Below, in pieces: positions 12,201 to 25,300 of a stretch of 64,000 nt of DNA (positions are counted from its first letter, which is position 1; each line of letters opens with the position of its first letter). The stretch is from Macrostomum lignano (Eukaryota). The stretch is taken from positions 71,559 to 135,558 of the forward strand of contig NIVC01002850.1 in NCBI GenBank assembly GCA_002269645.1, written 5' to 3'. The notes below the pieces were generated by a model, which did no database searches, was not told the origin of the DNA, and worked only from the letters and a program-made list of their open reading frames with translations. Made by a program: the position numbers and the translations under genes.

Positions 12201-12639
12201 TAACCAGTTATACTTTTATCTTTCAAATTATTCAATGCTGTTATAGTAAACTAAGTAATTAATCATTTTCACGCATTCTACGCGCGGGTGATGTGTTCCC
12301 ACCGATCTTTTATTAGCCACCAGAGATTTTCATCTACTAAAGTATTTTTAGAATTTACAGAATCAATACGCTGTATTTACAGAGTTTCCGTTACACGTAC
12401 ATGTACATGTACGGCCAGTCGGCCCGAGAGCAATTCCCTCGGTGCATGCCGCCAGCGGTCTGCTGCTACGCCGACCGCTACTATATACGTCGTACTATGC
12501 TAGCCGCCTGCGATTTTCCTAGTGGGCTACTACCTGAATTTACATTACATGTAAATGTGTGCAGGTAGTCTTACGGTATGCATTATGATGTAGGCATTCA
12601 AGTCGTGCCACCCCCCCCCCCACTATTTTTGCGCACGCC

Positions 12640-12990
12640 CGATTCCCTTCCCTTCACGACGTGATGACTCATTCTTATCGCACCACCTTACTCCCCCGCG
12701 CACTAAACCAACTGTACCTCCTTTCTATTGATCGAAATCATTCATGCGTGTGACACTTTTATGACCCACTATCTCGAAGCTTTTTCCTGCCTGCTGCATG
12801 CTGTAATCCCCCACCATAAATCATTATCCGCTGCGCCCCACAATTTCTCGTCTTATCACAGCGCGGCTGGCGGCCGGGTGACGTCATCAGGGTTGCTTGC
12901 ATGGTAACGGCCAGGTCAAGGACAAGTCACGGCGCGGCCTTCAATATCACGCATTACACGTGATCGCGACGTGACGCATATGATCCGATC
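12640..12990. promoter_or_regulatory. CpG-rich putative promoter region between divergent WASHC2 and kinase genes
   Basis: Perfect CRE TGACGTCA at 12879-12886, AP-1-like TGACTCA at 12665-12671, CACGTG E-box at ~12957, and an RFX-like half site GGTAAC at 12903-12908. No TSS evidence. Confidence 0.4.
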
Positions 12991-14012
12991 TCAGGGCTAA
13001 AAATTCTAAGAACCTGCTTTGATCCCTGAGCGGCAACTCTCTTCCTTAACCTTTCCTTACCTTCTCCCACTCTCGTTTTACCGCCCACCCCCCACTTTAC
13101 ACTTTTTGAGTGTTTGTTACTCTTCCTCACTTAACTCTCGAGGTGACACGACTTGATTTAACCTCCCTCATCAGCTTCGATCTGACAAGTCTCATCGACT
13201 GATCGGCTGTAGCCGACTCCACCGTGACCATCCGAGGTTTTTTGCTCTGTTGCGCTGCCCTTAGGTACCGTCCGCCCCGGTCTCTCCCCCCAAAACGCCT
13301 CTGGCGTGTACCTTCAAACAACCCGGACCCGCTGTCTAAATGAATGGGATTTTGGCCGCAACGTCTGCTACCGCATCATCCAGAGGCGGACAAAGGCTAG
13401 GGGACGAGGCCTGGTGGCTGTACCTTTCAGCGCCAGAGCCCAGGGGTTTGCACAGGCGTTTTCATGCAGCCCCGGGTTACGTATGTTAGAGTTGATTAAG
13501 AAACAAATTTCCTTTACTTTACACTCGTATTTGATTCCTTATGTTTGAGTGGTCATCGTGGAACTCCTGTAACACAATCTAAAAGACAGCTATTTGACTT
13601 AAATTATGCATGTAACATCGCACTTTAATTAATTGTTGTGAAAGGCATTGTTATACAAGTACCGGTACAAATGTGCGATGCACTTGTTTTCAGTGGCGAT
13701 CAGCCTTTACGGTTGCATTCACACGTAATTGTACATTAACAGTCGAAACAAGCACCACTATACATGTTGCTAGACTCCATCTTGGAACTCCTGACAGACG
13801 TGCGCTCGAAATTTAATCCGGGCCATAGACGAAATTTCAGTTATTCCTTGTAAACGATTAAAGTCACAACTAATTAAATACCTATCGATTGTAAAAAGAC
13901 ACAACCAAATATATAATTGTTTAAGAGTTTCAGGTCAAACAGCCTGCTGACATTACTAGTATAGGTGTACAGAAGTTCTCAAGCTCAGCTGAGAGGCACT
14001 GTGGTACACAAT

Positions 14013-16638
14013 ATGAGTCAAGAATCGTCCAATCAAGACGCAGCCACCCAGCTGCCAGCCGCTCTGAGCAAGGACAATTCAACTGACGCCAAGTCAGCTT
14101 CCCCAACGCAGGCTGATAGCATTGCCAGTTCGGCGAATTCAATCAAGGCCAAAGTGGGCGGTCCGAACCAACCGCTTGGCTACCAACAGCAACTACAGCA
14201 GTCTCCTCCAACAGAGCAGCAGTCTGAAATGGAAATTCTTCATCAGAAATTAAATTCTTTCAGTCAAAAAGAAGTAGATCGAATGACTGAAGCCACGATC
14301 AGCAAGAAAACGACAGCAGCAGTAGCAAAGACTCCTGCAGATTCAGCGGACGAGCTGAAGTCAAAACCGGACCGAGCACCTTTCGACATGGTAAAAAGTG
14401 ACGACACCTACTCCGAGTGGCTACTAATGGAGGCCGAACTATTCCCTCTGAGGTACTTCAGCGATCGGCACGTGAAGACCATGCACAAGTACAGCATAGT
14501 GCGCGTGCTTGGCCAAGGCGGTTTCGGTCTTGTGCTGCTAGTTAGCGTTGAAAAAGGCGGCCCACTTTACGCTATGAAGGTCATGTCAAAGGAAAAGATC
14601 AGAGAGAAGAAAATGATTAAGTACATTATTGGAGAGCGGCGCGCTTTGTCGGCGGTGCACAATCCGTTCATCATGTCGCTAATAGACAAGCTCAAGGACA
14701 ACTCCAACGTGTACATGATCCTGCCCTTCATCGAGTGCGGAGACCTGTACCGCCTTATGTTGTCAACCAGGCTGAAACGGTTCAGCCACGAAGACGCAAA
14801 ATTCTACATGTCGCAGGTGTTTCTGGCTTTCGAGTATCTGCACCGGATGCGAGTGCTGTACCGAGACTTGAAGCCGGAGAATCTCATGCTGGACAGGTTC
14901 GGCTACTTGCAACTGGCTGATTTGGGCTTTGCCAAACTGCTGGATCCGAGCAGAGGTGAGAGACAGAACTGCAGATGCGATCCTCTGTGAAAATCCTGAC
15001 TGTGGGTAGTGGGTGCAGATCGAGCAGATCGCACAGCCCTGCAGAGAGGCGAAGAACCATGCCCATTCCACAGATCCAATGAGTAAAATTTTTATGGACG
15101 ACTTAAAAATTAATGTGACACCGTTTGTTTTAGTTCATGAAAAGGGTTATAGTAGGGTCCCATATTCCTATCCAGAGACAAGTAGTGAAGCTCCATCAAA
15201 AGAGACAGGTAGTGTAGTTCCATCAAAAGTGACAGGTAGTGAAGTTCCATCAAAAGAGACAGGTAGTGAAGCTCCATCAAAAGAGACAGGTAGTGAAGCT
15301 CCATCAAAAGAGACAGGTAGTGTAGTTCCGTCAAAAGAGACAGGTAGTGTAGTTCCGTCAAAAGAGACAGGTAGTGTAGTTCCGTCAAAAGAGACAGGTA
15401 GTGTAGTTCCGTCAAAAGAGACAGGTAGTGTAGTTCCATCAAAAGAGACAGGTAGTGAAGTTCCATCAAAAGAGACAGGTAGTGAAGCTCCATCAAAAGA
15501 GACAGGTAGTGTAGTTCCGTCAAAAGAGACAGGTAGTGTAGTTCCGTCAAAAGAGACAGGTAGTGTAGTTCCGTCAAAAGAGACAGGTAGTGTAGTTCCG
15601 TCAAAAGAGACAGGTAGTGTAGTTCCATCAAAAGAGACAGGTAGTGTAGTTCCGTCAAAAGAGACAGGTAGTGTAGTTCCGTCAAAAGAGACAGGTAGTG
15701 TAGTTCCGTCAAAAGAGACAGGTAGTGTAGTTCCGTCAAAAGAGACAGGTAGTGTAGTTCCGTCAAAAGAGACAGGTAGTGTAGTTCCATCAAAAGAGAC
15801 AGGTAGTGAAGTTCCATCAAAAGAGACAGGTAGTGAAGCTCCATCAAAAGAGACAGGTAGTGTAGTTCCGTCAAAAGAGACAGGTAGTGTAGTTCCGTCA
15901 AAAGAGACAGGTAGTGTAGTTCCGTCAAAAGAGACAGGTAGTGTAGTTCCGTCAAAAGAGACAGGTAGCGAAGCTCCATCAAAAGAGACAGGTAGTGAAG
16001 CTCCATCAAAAGAGACAGGTAAAGAAGCCCCATTGAAGAGCACAGGGAATAAAGAGGTATGCACTTGAGCACCTTTCAAAGGAACTAGGGCACTAAAAAA
16101 ACTACAGTGCAGTGGCCTGAAATTTTTCATGCACGATATCGCAATCGCAGAGCGAACCTACAGCACATTGGGCACGCCCGACTACATGGCGCCGGAGATT
16201 TTTTCGGCAAAAAACTGCGGCTACAGTTTCTCAGTTGATTGGTGGACAACGGGCTGTTTGCTATTCGAGTTTTTAGTTGGATTTCCACCGTTTCACACGC
16301 CCAACGGCAATACGATGCACGTGATTAAGAAGATTCTATCCACAGAGATTCAGTTTCCAAACTTTGTAAAGCCGGACGCTAAAGACATGGTGAACTGTCT
16401 GTGCCAGAAGAATCCGCACAATAGGATGGGTTGCCAGAAGGCTGGACCAAGCGCCATACGCGAGCACGCCTTCTTCCGAGACGTGGATTTTGTACGCGTG
16501 TTCCACAAGCAGCTGCCGGCTCCGCACAAGCCAACTAGCAAAGACGACAAGAGGTTTTACACTGGTCGACCTGTGCCCAAAAATGTGATCAGGATCAGCA
16601 AGACTATGCGATACAATACGATGTTTGCAGAATTCTAA
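14013..16638 (+). CDS. cAMP-dependent protein kinase catalytic subunit-like (AGC family) Ser/Thr kinase, 2 exons
   Basis: Exons 14013-14955 and 16151-16638 (GT-AG, phase 1). Motifs: GQGGFG, YAMK, YRDLKPEN, DLGFAK, GTPDYMAPE, VDWWTTG and GFPPF, ending in the PKA-type terminal FXXF (FAEF*). There is a ~160-aa low-complexity N-terminal extension. Confidence 0.9.
15175..16040. repeat. 27-bp minisatellite (gtagtgtagttccgtcaaaagagacag), ~32 copies, kinase intron
   Basis: Units read directly; 9-aa periodic ORFs (PSKETGSVV) in three frames. Confidence 0.95.
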
Positions 16639-17208
16639 GAAGTTGAAGAAGCAAGCGCTCGGACATGGGCTATTTGTCATTTTTTATTTTCAATATCGAT
16701 CATTTATAAACTATAAAATTTGTCAAACTTATTGGACTGTTTTTAATGTAGCCCTACAATAATAAGTTCTGCTCAGAACGACAAGAATATGTCTTTTTAT
16801 TTCATTGTGACTTTTGTTCATTGAACTATTTAAAACTTTGTTTATCTACTATTAGAAAAAGCTTAACAAACGCAAACTGTAACAAATTTTCTATTGTCTT
16901 AATTTGCCACGTCGTACTATATTCAGCGAAAGCAGTCTCGTTTTTATCGCAAAAAGACCTGGAAACTTATTGAGATTTTACACTGAAATAAAAACTATTC
17001 AAGTTTAATCCGTAAGGCAATTATTAAGTTTAATAATAGATTTAGTTTTCCTCCTTGTCAACATTTATTAGTAAAATATACTTATTTATTTAATATTAAA
17101 AACATGCAGACAACACGAATAAACGACAAAACTTCTGAAGCAAGTTGATGAAAAAATACAACGTCAACACAGAGTTTAGAGTGGCAGTTTTGATCCTGTG
17201 GAGAAAAG

Positions 17209-19219
17209 TTATTCGGCACTCTCCTCTTCCTCTGCTGCCTCGGCCTCGCCTTCAGCCTCGGCCTCGCCTTCAGCCTCCGCCTCGCCTTCAGCCTCGGCCT
17301 CGCCTCCAGCCTCCGCCTGGTTGCCTTCGCCTGCCTCGGCGGCATCGGCGGCCTCTTCACCTGGCGGAGCTGCCGACGTCTCGGCGCCTGAAATTATTTA
17401 TTGCAGTTGCAGATCACAAGCATACATATGCACGTACGTACAATGTAGTGGCATTTCAATGAACTACACCAGCGAAATCTCAAAGTTTCAATGGAATCTT
17501 AACGGAATTCATGAGAGAAATATCAATGTACGTGCAAAGCTTGCCGAAAATTCAATTGAATCCTATTCATAGTTAGTAGAATCTATCTTATATGTTTGTT
17601 GCTACTTTATTAGAATCTTGAAACTCACGGATTAATCTGGATGAAATCTCAATGGGAGTTTCAATTGAAGCCCCAATGAAAGTCTCATTAGGGATCTTAA
17701 TAGAAGTCTCAATTTAAATAAATTTTATTGAAATTTTAGATTTATCTCATGAAATCTCACTAGAAGCAAAATGGGAATCTTAATGGAAGGCTTTTAAAAA
17801 CCTGATTATAAATTCAATTGAAATCTTATGAAATCTCATTAGAAATTCTATGGAATCCTAAACGGATGCCTCAACGGAAATCTCATGAAATCTCAATAGA
17901 AATTCAATGGAAATCTCAACGGAAATCTCAACGGAAGTCTCGTAAACCTCAATTACGAGACTCAATTAAATCAGTCTCAATTAAATCTCGTGAAATATCA
18001 CTAGAAGCCGCCGATGGAAATCTCACTGGAATCTAAGCGGAATCTAAACTATGGAATCTCACACGCTCTGGATTTCTCTTCCTCTCACCTTCCTCCCCAT
18101 CCTCCTTCGCCTCGCCGCCGTCTTCGTCGGCCTCGCCCTCCGGAATTTCCACCTCGGCGGCGGCCCGCTCAGCCCGCTGGCGCTCTTCCTCCTCCTCTCT
18201 CAGGCGGGCCTCTTCGGCTTCGCGACGTTGGCGCTCCTCCTCCTCGGCGCGTTCGCGCTCCAGCTGGCGCTTGCGCTCCATCATCTGGCGCTGCTCCTCG
18301 GCGATTTCCTGACGGCGCAGCTCTTCAAGTCGCTCGGCCTACAGGCATGGCACGGATTAATTTACGTAGGACCAGTGGTCAACGGCAGCCTTAATCTAAA
18401 TCTTTATCGATTAATTGGCTACAAAATACGTACCATTTACTTAATACTCTACTTGAAGTAAAAATATTAGAAATAGGAAAGTTTTTGATTTGCTCTACTA
18501 ATAAGTAGTATGGTAGAAATAAATTCATGTCATGTCATCAAACCATCAACGTTTACAAGATAAGTGTGCTATTTTATAAATGCACGATAATATTATTTTC
18601 CTGTGTCGATATATTTCAAATATTTGGTTGAAATTTTGACAATTAGTTTGCGACTTTTTTGCATATTAAATAGTTAGATTATTATATTAGTTATTATTTG
18701 TCATTTGCTGGTATGTTGTTATTGTTACTTTTGCGTTCTTGTTATTATTGTTGTCACACTGTAAAATGCAATACAAATACGGTTGTGACTGTTGGAATTG
18801 TACGATACGACGTAGCATGGGTCATTTTAAATAAATATTTAGAAAATTAGACGTATTTCTTACGTCTTCTCTGTATTTCTCCCGATCCCTTTGAAATCCT
18901 CCTTCTCAAGTTCGAATGTGTCTTGTTTTGAACGAAATAAAAAACTCACCTCCTCTTCCTCCTTGATTCGCTGAGCCAGCTCCTCCTGCTCCTTGTGATA
19001 CTGGATCGAGTCCGCGTGCTTCATCAAATATTGGCTGAGAAATTCGATCGGATCGCGGGGCTTCTGTTGCACAATCTGGGCCACTCCCGCTGTGAGTGCC
19101 GGGCCTACCTGGTCAATCAGGTATTGAGCCTCTCTGGTGGCTTTCGAGTGCGGCTTCCTCGGCTCCGGTGTGAAGTCGCGGGTTTGCACTTTGTCCAAGT
19201 TGAATGGAGACGATGCCAT
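17209..19219 (-). CDS. DYDC1: DPY30-domain-containing protein (DYDC-like), 3 exons, ~232 aa
   Basis: Exons 18950-19219, 18089-18338 and 17209-17387 (GT-AG, total 699 nt). Dpy-30 motif QYLIDQVGPALTAGVAQIVQQKPRDPIEFLSQYLMKH, followed by an E/R-rich coiled coil and an acidic tail. The paralogue assignment (DYDC1 vs DYDC2) is uncertain. Confidence 0.85.
17560..18060. repeat. Degenerate short repeat (gaaatctcaatgg-like) in DYDC intron 2
   Basis: Recurrent gaaatctca/atggaa words. Confidence 0.6.
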
Positions 19220-20279
19220 GCTGACGAAAAATGTTGATACAAATTTAACAAAGCAACCGCAATGTTCTTTCTATCTGATTCTATTTATTCCGACGAGAAT
19301 TAAAAGAATAAAGTCTTCTCTGTTTCGAAAATTAAATTTCCGCCAAATAGGTTTGGTTTGACCAGTCTGCTTAGAATATATAGCGATAGCGACTCGGTTG
19401 GCCTTGACGACGGTCTTTTCTTTTCTAGCCTGCGGCGGGTCAGAGAGCCCGTTGAAGTGAATGGGCAGAGGGGTGGCGGGGGTAAAGAGGGAGCCCTGTT
19501 GGGGAAAGGGGTGGGGGGCTGAATGTACAGTGTAAAATGTACACTCTATGATGCGTACACTCAATGTGTTAGTCCCCGCTTTTAGGCGAACGCGAGAAAG
19601 AAAGAAGGGTTTTATATCTTTTAAGTAGTTTAATGTGTTGAACTGGCTACTCACAGATTTCATACCCCCTAGAACGTGATGAGCGACTATTGTACTCCGC
19701 CTAAACTATCATTAGGCACTGTATACTCGTATATATACAGTTCGCGATTTAATCAGGCCGGTTGTATACTTTTGATGAATAATTAATTAGGCTAGCTAAA
19801 ATTGGCTTGGCTTATCTTCATTGTAGGGTTTTCAATTAATTTCTTACGTTCTCAAATTGTTTGCTGGATTAGCTTTATATAGCCAAACTATAATCATACA
19901 GAATGATGAATAATGTAAAAGATTGGTTTGGGATTTTGTCGTCTCCGGTCTCCCGCCCAGACATTCCCGTCCCCGTCTCTCCTTTTTAAATGGAAGTCAA
20001 TTAATTAAGCGAGCCATTAATTAATTAAGAGTCGCACACATCATGTATACTAGATTATATTCAACAACTCGTAGCACTCTTACATTAAAAAATCTAAACA
20101 GCTTGCTTACTCAACTGAAATTTGCTTTGGAGTGGTTGAAGATTCCAGCGATAAAAATTGCATACTTTCCATGCTACGAAGTATCAAGTATCCCCTGATC
20201 AGTATCCTCTGTTCTGATCAAGTGATCAATATCCTCTGAATCACTTGCAAGCTCATTCTTAAGCTCTCTTCTAGCTGCT

Positions 20280-21250
20280 CCCTCTCCCTCTCAATCTCAC
20301 TTTCATTTTAATGTCTATCTATCTCTCCATATCCCCCTCTCTCTCCCTCCTGGTTTTAAGCTCTTACACTCTTCCTATCCTTCTCCTTCCAAATCTTCCT
20401 CTCCATCTCCCTCTCAATCTCACTTTCATTTTAATGTCTATCTATCTCTCCATATCCCCCTCTCTCTCCCTCCTGGTTTTAAGCTCTTACACTCTTCCTA
20501 TCCTTCTCCTTCCAAATCTTCCTCTCCCTCACCCTCTCAATCTCACTTTCATTTTAATGTTTATCTATCTCTCCATATCCCCCTCTCTCTCCCTCCTGGT
20601 TTTAAGCTCTTACACTCTTCCTATCCTTCTCCTTCCAAATCTTCCTCTCCATCTCCCTCTCCCTCCCCATATCATTCTCCCTCTCCCTCTCCCTCTCCCT
20701 CTCCCTCATAATCTCCCTCTCCATCTCCCTCTCCATCTCCCTCTCCATCTCCCTCTCCATCTCCCTCTCCCTCCTCATCTCCCTCTCCATCTCCATCTCC
20801 CTCCCCATCTCTCTCTCGGCCTCTCCATCTCCCTCTCCCTCCCATCTCCCTTTCCATCTCCCTCTCCATCTCTCTCTCCCTCCCCATCTCCCTCTCCATC
20901 TCCCTCTCCATCTCCCTCATCTTCCTCTCCCTCTTCCTTTTCTCTTCCTCCTTCTCCCTCCTCTTTTTCCTCTCCCTCTCCATCTCCATCTCCATCTCCC
21001 TATTCCTCCCCATCTCCCTCTCCCTCTCTCTCTCCCTCTCCTTCTCCCTCTCCTTTTTCCTCTCCCTCTCCCTCTCTTTCTTCCCTTCCCTCTCCATCTC
21101 CCACTTCCTCTTTATCTTCCTCCCTCTCCCTCCTCCTCTCTTTCCTCTCCCTCTCCATCTCCCTATTCCTCCCCATCTCCCGCTCCCTCTCTCCTCCTCT
21201 CCCTCTTCCTCTCCACCTTCCTCTCTCTCTGTATTTCACATTACGTCTCC
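20280..21250. repeat. CT-rich tract: three ~121-bp tandem copies followed by (ctccat/ctccct)n low complexity
   Basis: The block ctctcaatctcactttcattttaatg... recurs three times, followed by a polypyrimidine tract. Confidence 0.9.
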
Positions 21251-22363
21251 ATGTCACTTACTTTTCCGCCAAACCTATTTTCTTACCTCTAATATCCACG
21301 TCTCTTCTCTTTTTCTCCACCTCTGTCCAACCACCACTTGATTTCTACATGTCTGAACTGTACATGTGTACAACCAAGCAACCATGTCAAACCAAACATG
21401 CAGCGGGCACAATAGCAAACGCACACAGACTGCTACATTGTCTGTTTACTTTATGACTTGTTCATCACAGTCCAACTGGTCCCAAGCATCTGCAGTCGTA
21501 ACTGGTATGTAGCTTTATCGAAGTTCAATTCGTTTATCTCTGTCAAACGTGCATTCGCAAACATGCCCTACGATCTGGACCGTTTCTGCTCTTACTCAAT
21601 CTCCATACTTCTTGTGTGGTCAGCCGTATAGTCAGATAGTAAATTGGCTCTTACCACTTAAGCTCTGGACAGCAGGGTCTCTTTGCTTTCGGTGTCGGAT
21701 TGGCTGATTGGACAAACCTAAGCTGTCTCTCTCTCCGACCGTCTCCCCGGTTCGCGCGCAGATTCTAACACTTTTCCGCCTTCTTTCTTCTTCTATAGCC
21801 ATAGTTGAAGCAAATACTTAATTAAGCCATAAAAGTATCTATCAGAATTATAACATGCGCATATTCAGTCGGCAAAACGAACACACCCACACTCTGCAGA
21901 GATCCGAAAATTAAAGACTTTAGTTGAAGTTTTAGTTGAATTGTTCAAACCTGAGGTCTGGTCACTATTTCGTAAGTTAGTGATTCTTTCGTGGTGGCTG
22001 AATCGGCCGCCACTTTGTCCTGTTGAGTGGCTATTGTCTATTGTGATAGAACTAATTGAGTCAAGTCGCGGAATACAACTGATTAGAGATTTAGTATATG
22101 TGGACTAGCCCACCCCCAACGGGGAAAACGAAGGGAAAACAAAAAAATTCTAACTTGGTATCTCAGCATTCCTTCTTCAGCCGTAACATCTCAACATCTC
22201 CCAATTATTCGATTTTTTGGAATCTTAGCGAGAACTGATTGAGTAGTGAGTCAGTAACAACTGATTGTGTTGCAAGAGGCGTTTGAAAAACAAACATTTC
22301 TTGAACCTAAAAACCTCAGTTTAACACTATAACTCATACATTCCCTGCAGCCTCGTTGTTACC

Positions 22364-25300
22364 ATGGCCTCAGCAGCGGCAGACAATGCTCCCCTGAATG
22401 GACAGCAGCAGCAGCAATATGAACTCCAGGATGACGCCTCCCCAGACCCGACCGCGGAGGAACCCAGCGTAGACTTCAGCTCAGCTGGTCCCACAGCTTC
22501 AGTCACGTATCGTCGCACAAAAGGTCGTGACAGTCTCCGACGACTAAGCGACATTATGAGCGCCTACATCCCTGTGATGTCGGGACCGTCAGGACCGTCG
22601 GGACCGTCAATGCGGACGCAGAACCGATCGCAGCAGGAACAGCCGCTGCTCGAATCCGAAGAGATTGCACCTGACAGTCCCGACGCCAAGTCTGGTGGCA
22701 GCAACCGCGGCGGCTACCGAACCCTGATGCTGCTGAATGTTGCCAGCCTTCGAGCCGACGAACAATTCACTAGCAGCAGTAGGGAGAATCTTCTAGAAGC
22801 GGCTGACGACAACGACGAAGAGGATAAGAACAGGCCGCTAGTGGACGGAGACATTGTTGGAGTGGCCATGTCGGAGAACGGTCTGGCTTTCCTGATTTTC
22901 AAGGACAGTCCTGACATACTGCGGCTGGACACTCGGTCCGCCACCGCTAGCGGTAACTTGCTTGGCACGGCCAAGGCTTGTAAAGTGCTGCAAATCCGGC
23001 TGCGTCAGGGCGTCAAGCTTCACCCAACGGATGTAAAAGTTTACAAAGAGCGACTCTTTGTTTGCGGTCGGTTGACTAGGAAGATTGGAGAGAAGAGCGT
23101 TGCCTTGTCAGCTGTGGCTAGATGCAACCTGAATGGAGTGGTCGAATTGGTGAGTTAAATCTGTCTTAGATTTATTTTTTAGGGATTACGTGCGTAGAAG
23201 AAGTGTCAATGAAAATTTAACCCTAAGAAAAAGACTACCTACACAGCCACATTCATGGTCGTGCAAACGCACGAATGCATACCCAGATACGTGTTTACAC
23301 GGAGTGTACATTGTACATGGCCCTGACTTTCTCGTCGGTTGGCCCTCGTAGGCGAAGCCCTAGGCGAATTTTATTGCAAGGTCCCCATCGTTCGCTCATA
23401 TATGGAAACACTACTAAGAATTAACAAACTCTTCGAACCTTTGCAGTGGCCATCGAGAAAGAAAATGTAAACAAAAACGATGTATATACTTCATAATCTA
23501 TCGTACTGCACCGTATTTGTGAATTCAAGAAGTAAACGATATAATTTGTTACCCCCTAAAGGGTACAAAATATTTTTAAAACCCTATTAGCTTTGCAAGT
23601 TTAAAAACTGTTCACAGTCATCTTTCTACTCGTACCTAACGCTTTGCGCATCAAAGCTTTGGTCGAAAAAGTATTTGCAAAGTGTTGAATCTGTCTTATA
23701 GCGTATAGCGTTTTGATTAACTTGAATTCAGTCTAACTGTGCGAAGTTAGCTATATAGCTTAGCTAGAAAGCACAGCTAGCTGCCCAAGTATATCCGCTG
23801 GCATGAATTTTGTGTTGGCATAAGTATCAATATTAATGAAACTTTTGACCAGGCGTGTAAAAAAGATTTCTTATTGCCATCTTATTACCATTGCTTTCTT
23901 ATTACCATTCCATTTTGAGTTGGCGCCACTTCCCTTAAGGTGCCATCCATTTTGAGGTGGCGCCACTTTCCCTGAAGGTGCCATCGCATTTTGAGGTGGC
24001 GCCACTTTATCTGAGGGGTGCGCCAATTATTAAAGACACTTAATTCAGCTTTGTATACAACTTGACGGGTGTCTGTTAAAATTAGGCAATCCACTCTGTA
24101 TCCGTGGGCGTGTTCAGGTGTCAGAGTAATTATCTAATTATCCTTGATTGAATCCTCGCTGTCTGTCTAGTTGATAAAAAATCCACAATGTTCTTTTACA
24201 GGAGATAGCCTACTGAGAAGTAGCAATAAATGAATATGAAGGTAATATCTTTAACTTGAATGTGTATGTTTGTTCCGCTGACAACTGAGCCTGACCCCAT
24301 TGATACTCACACACTCACACAGGGTGTGCAGGGCCCTGATTTCTCATCATCTGACTGTGTACTTTTTGGCCCGATAGTGGGACGCGTTAACCTATGAGCG
24401 TATATTAGTCTTTATAAGCTCATCGGTCAATTGAGAAGAGTCGCAAGAACTTGAAAGCTGGTCGTATTCTCCCACCCTTACCTTAGCTTTATCTTTCACT
24501 TAACTATCGAAGGAATCGAAGGAGTTGCCGGAGCCGCGGTTCCTCGGTTTCGACATTGACCCCACCGACGACCAGCTGGTGGTGGCCAGCCCCATGCCCG
24601 ATGGTCACGGCTCGCAGGTGTTTAAAATGAGCTCGGATTTCAAGGAGAAGAAATTTAAAATCCAGCTTGGCACCCGAGGAGACAGCTGGCACAGGCCCGA
24701 GTTTGTAGCCTGCATCGGCGGCGAGCAGCCGGTGTGCTGGGTGGCTGTGCAGCAGTCCGCCAGTCCCAGTGGCCTGGCAACTGGTCAGGTGACTCACCGG
24801 CTGCTCTCATTCCCGTTAAGACGCCCGCCAGTAACTGATGAAGCTACAGCTGAAGGTGCAGCTGCACCAGCGAGCACAAAGGATTGGATGAAGGTGATCA
24901 TTTGTTATCTAGCAAAAAGTTCCTGAAGTACGATTTCAGACTATGACGCATATTAAAATTTTTGGATATGAGATTAGGGTTTGTGTGAAATGCTTTAATG
25001 CCACCAAGTCAGAGATTATTTTTGAATATCAGTTTTTCTACATCTAATCCCTTAGATTCTAGATTTTTTCAAAATTTTTATCGTCATTCTAACGATTCTA
25101 AAATTCATTTTAAGAATTCAAGAGTATCACCTCAATGTGTTACCCTAATATTTATTCTCAGCTCGAGACTTTTGTCTTAATTTATTATTCTAGTCTATCG
25201 TGTGAGTTTAGTTCCAGCCTAAGATTCTAATCTCTGCTAATTCTTAGATTCTAGTTTCACCTTGAGATTTAGTACGTCTCACCATGAGATTTAAATCTTA

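Noticed and set aside
15013-16130. Three 320-351-aa repeat ORFs (PSKETGSVV etc.) as a nested gene or kinase insert
   Set aside because: The 27-bp unit is stop-free in several frames. It lies in a GT-AG intron whose removal restores the kinase activation loop exactly, and exon-1 read-through stops at 14990.
23318-23380. HDV-like fold ending in GGCGAA
   Set aside because: No P2 partner upstream and no P1.1; treated only as hairpins of a dispersed repeat.
24832-24860. Hammerhead-like CTGATGA-AGCT-AC-AGCT-GAAG
   Set aside because: GAAG instead of GAAA, no stems I or III, and it lies in a coding exon (VTDEATAEG).
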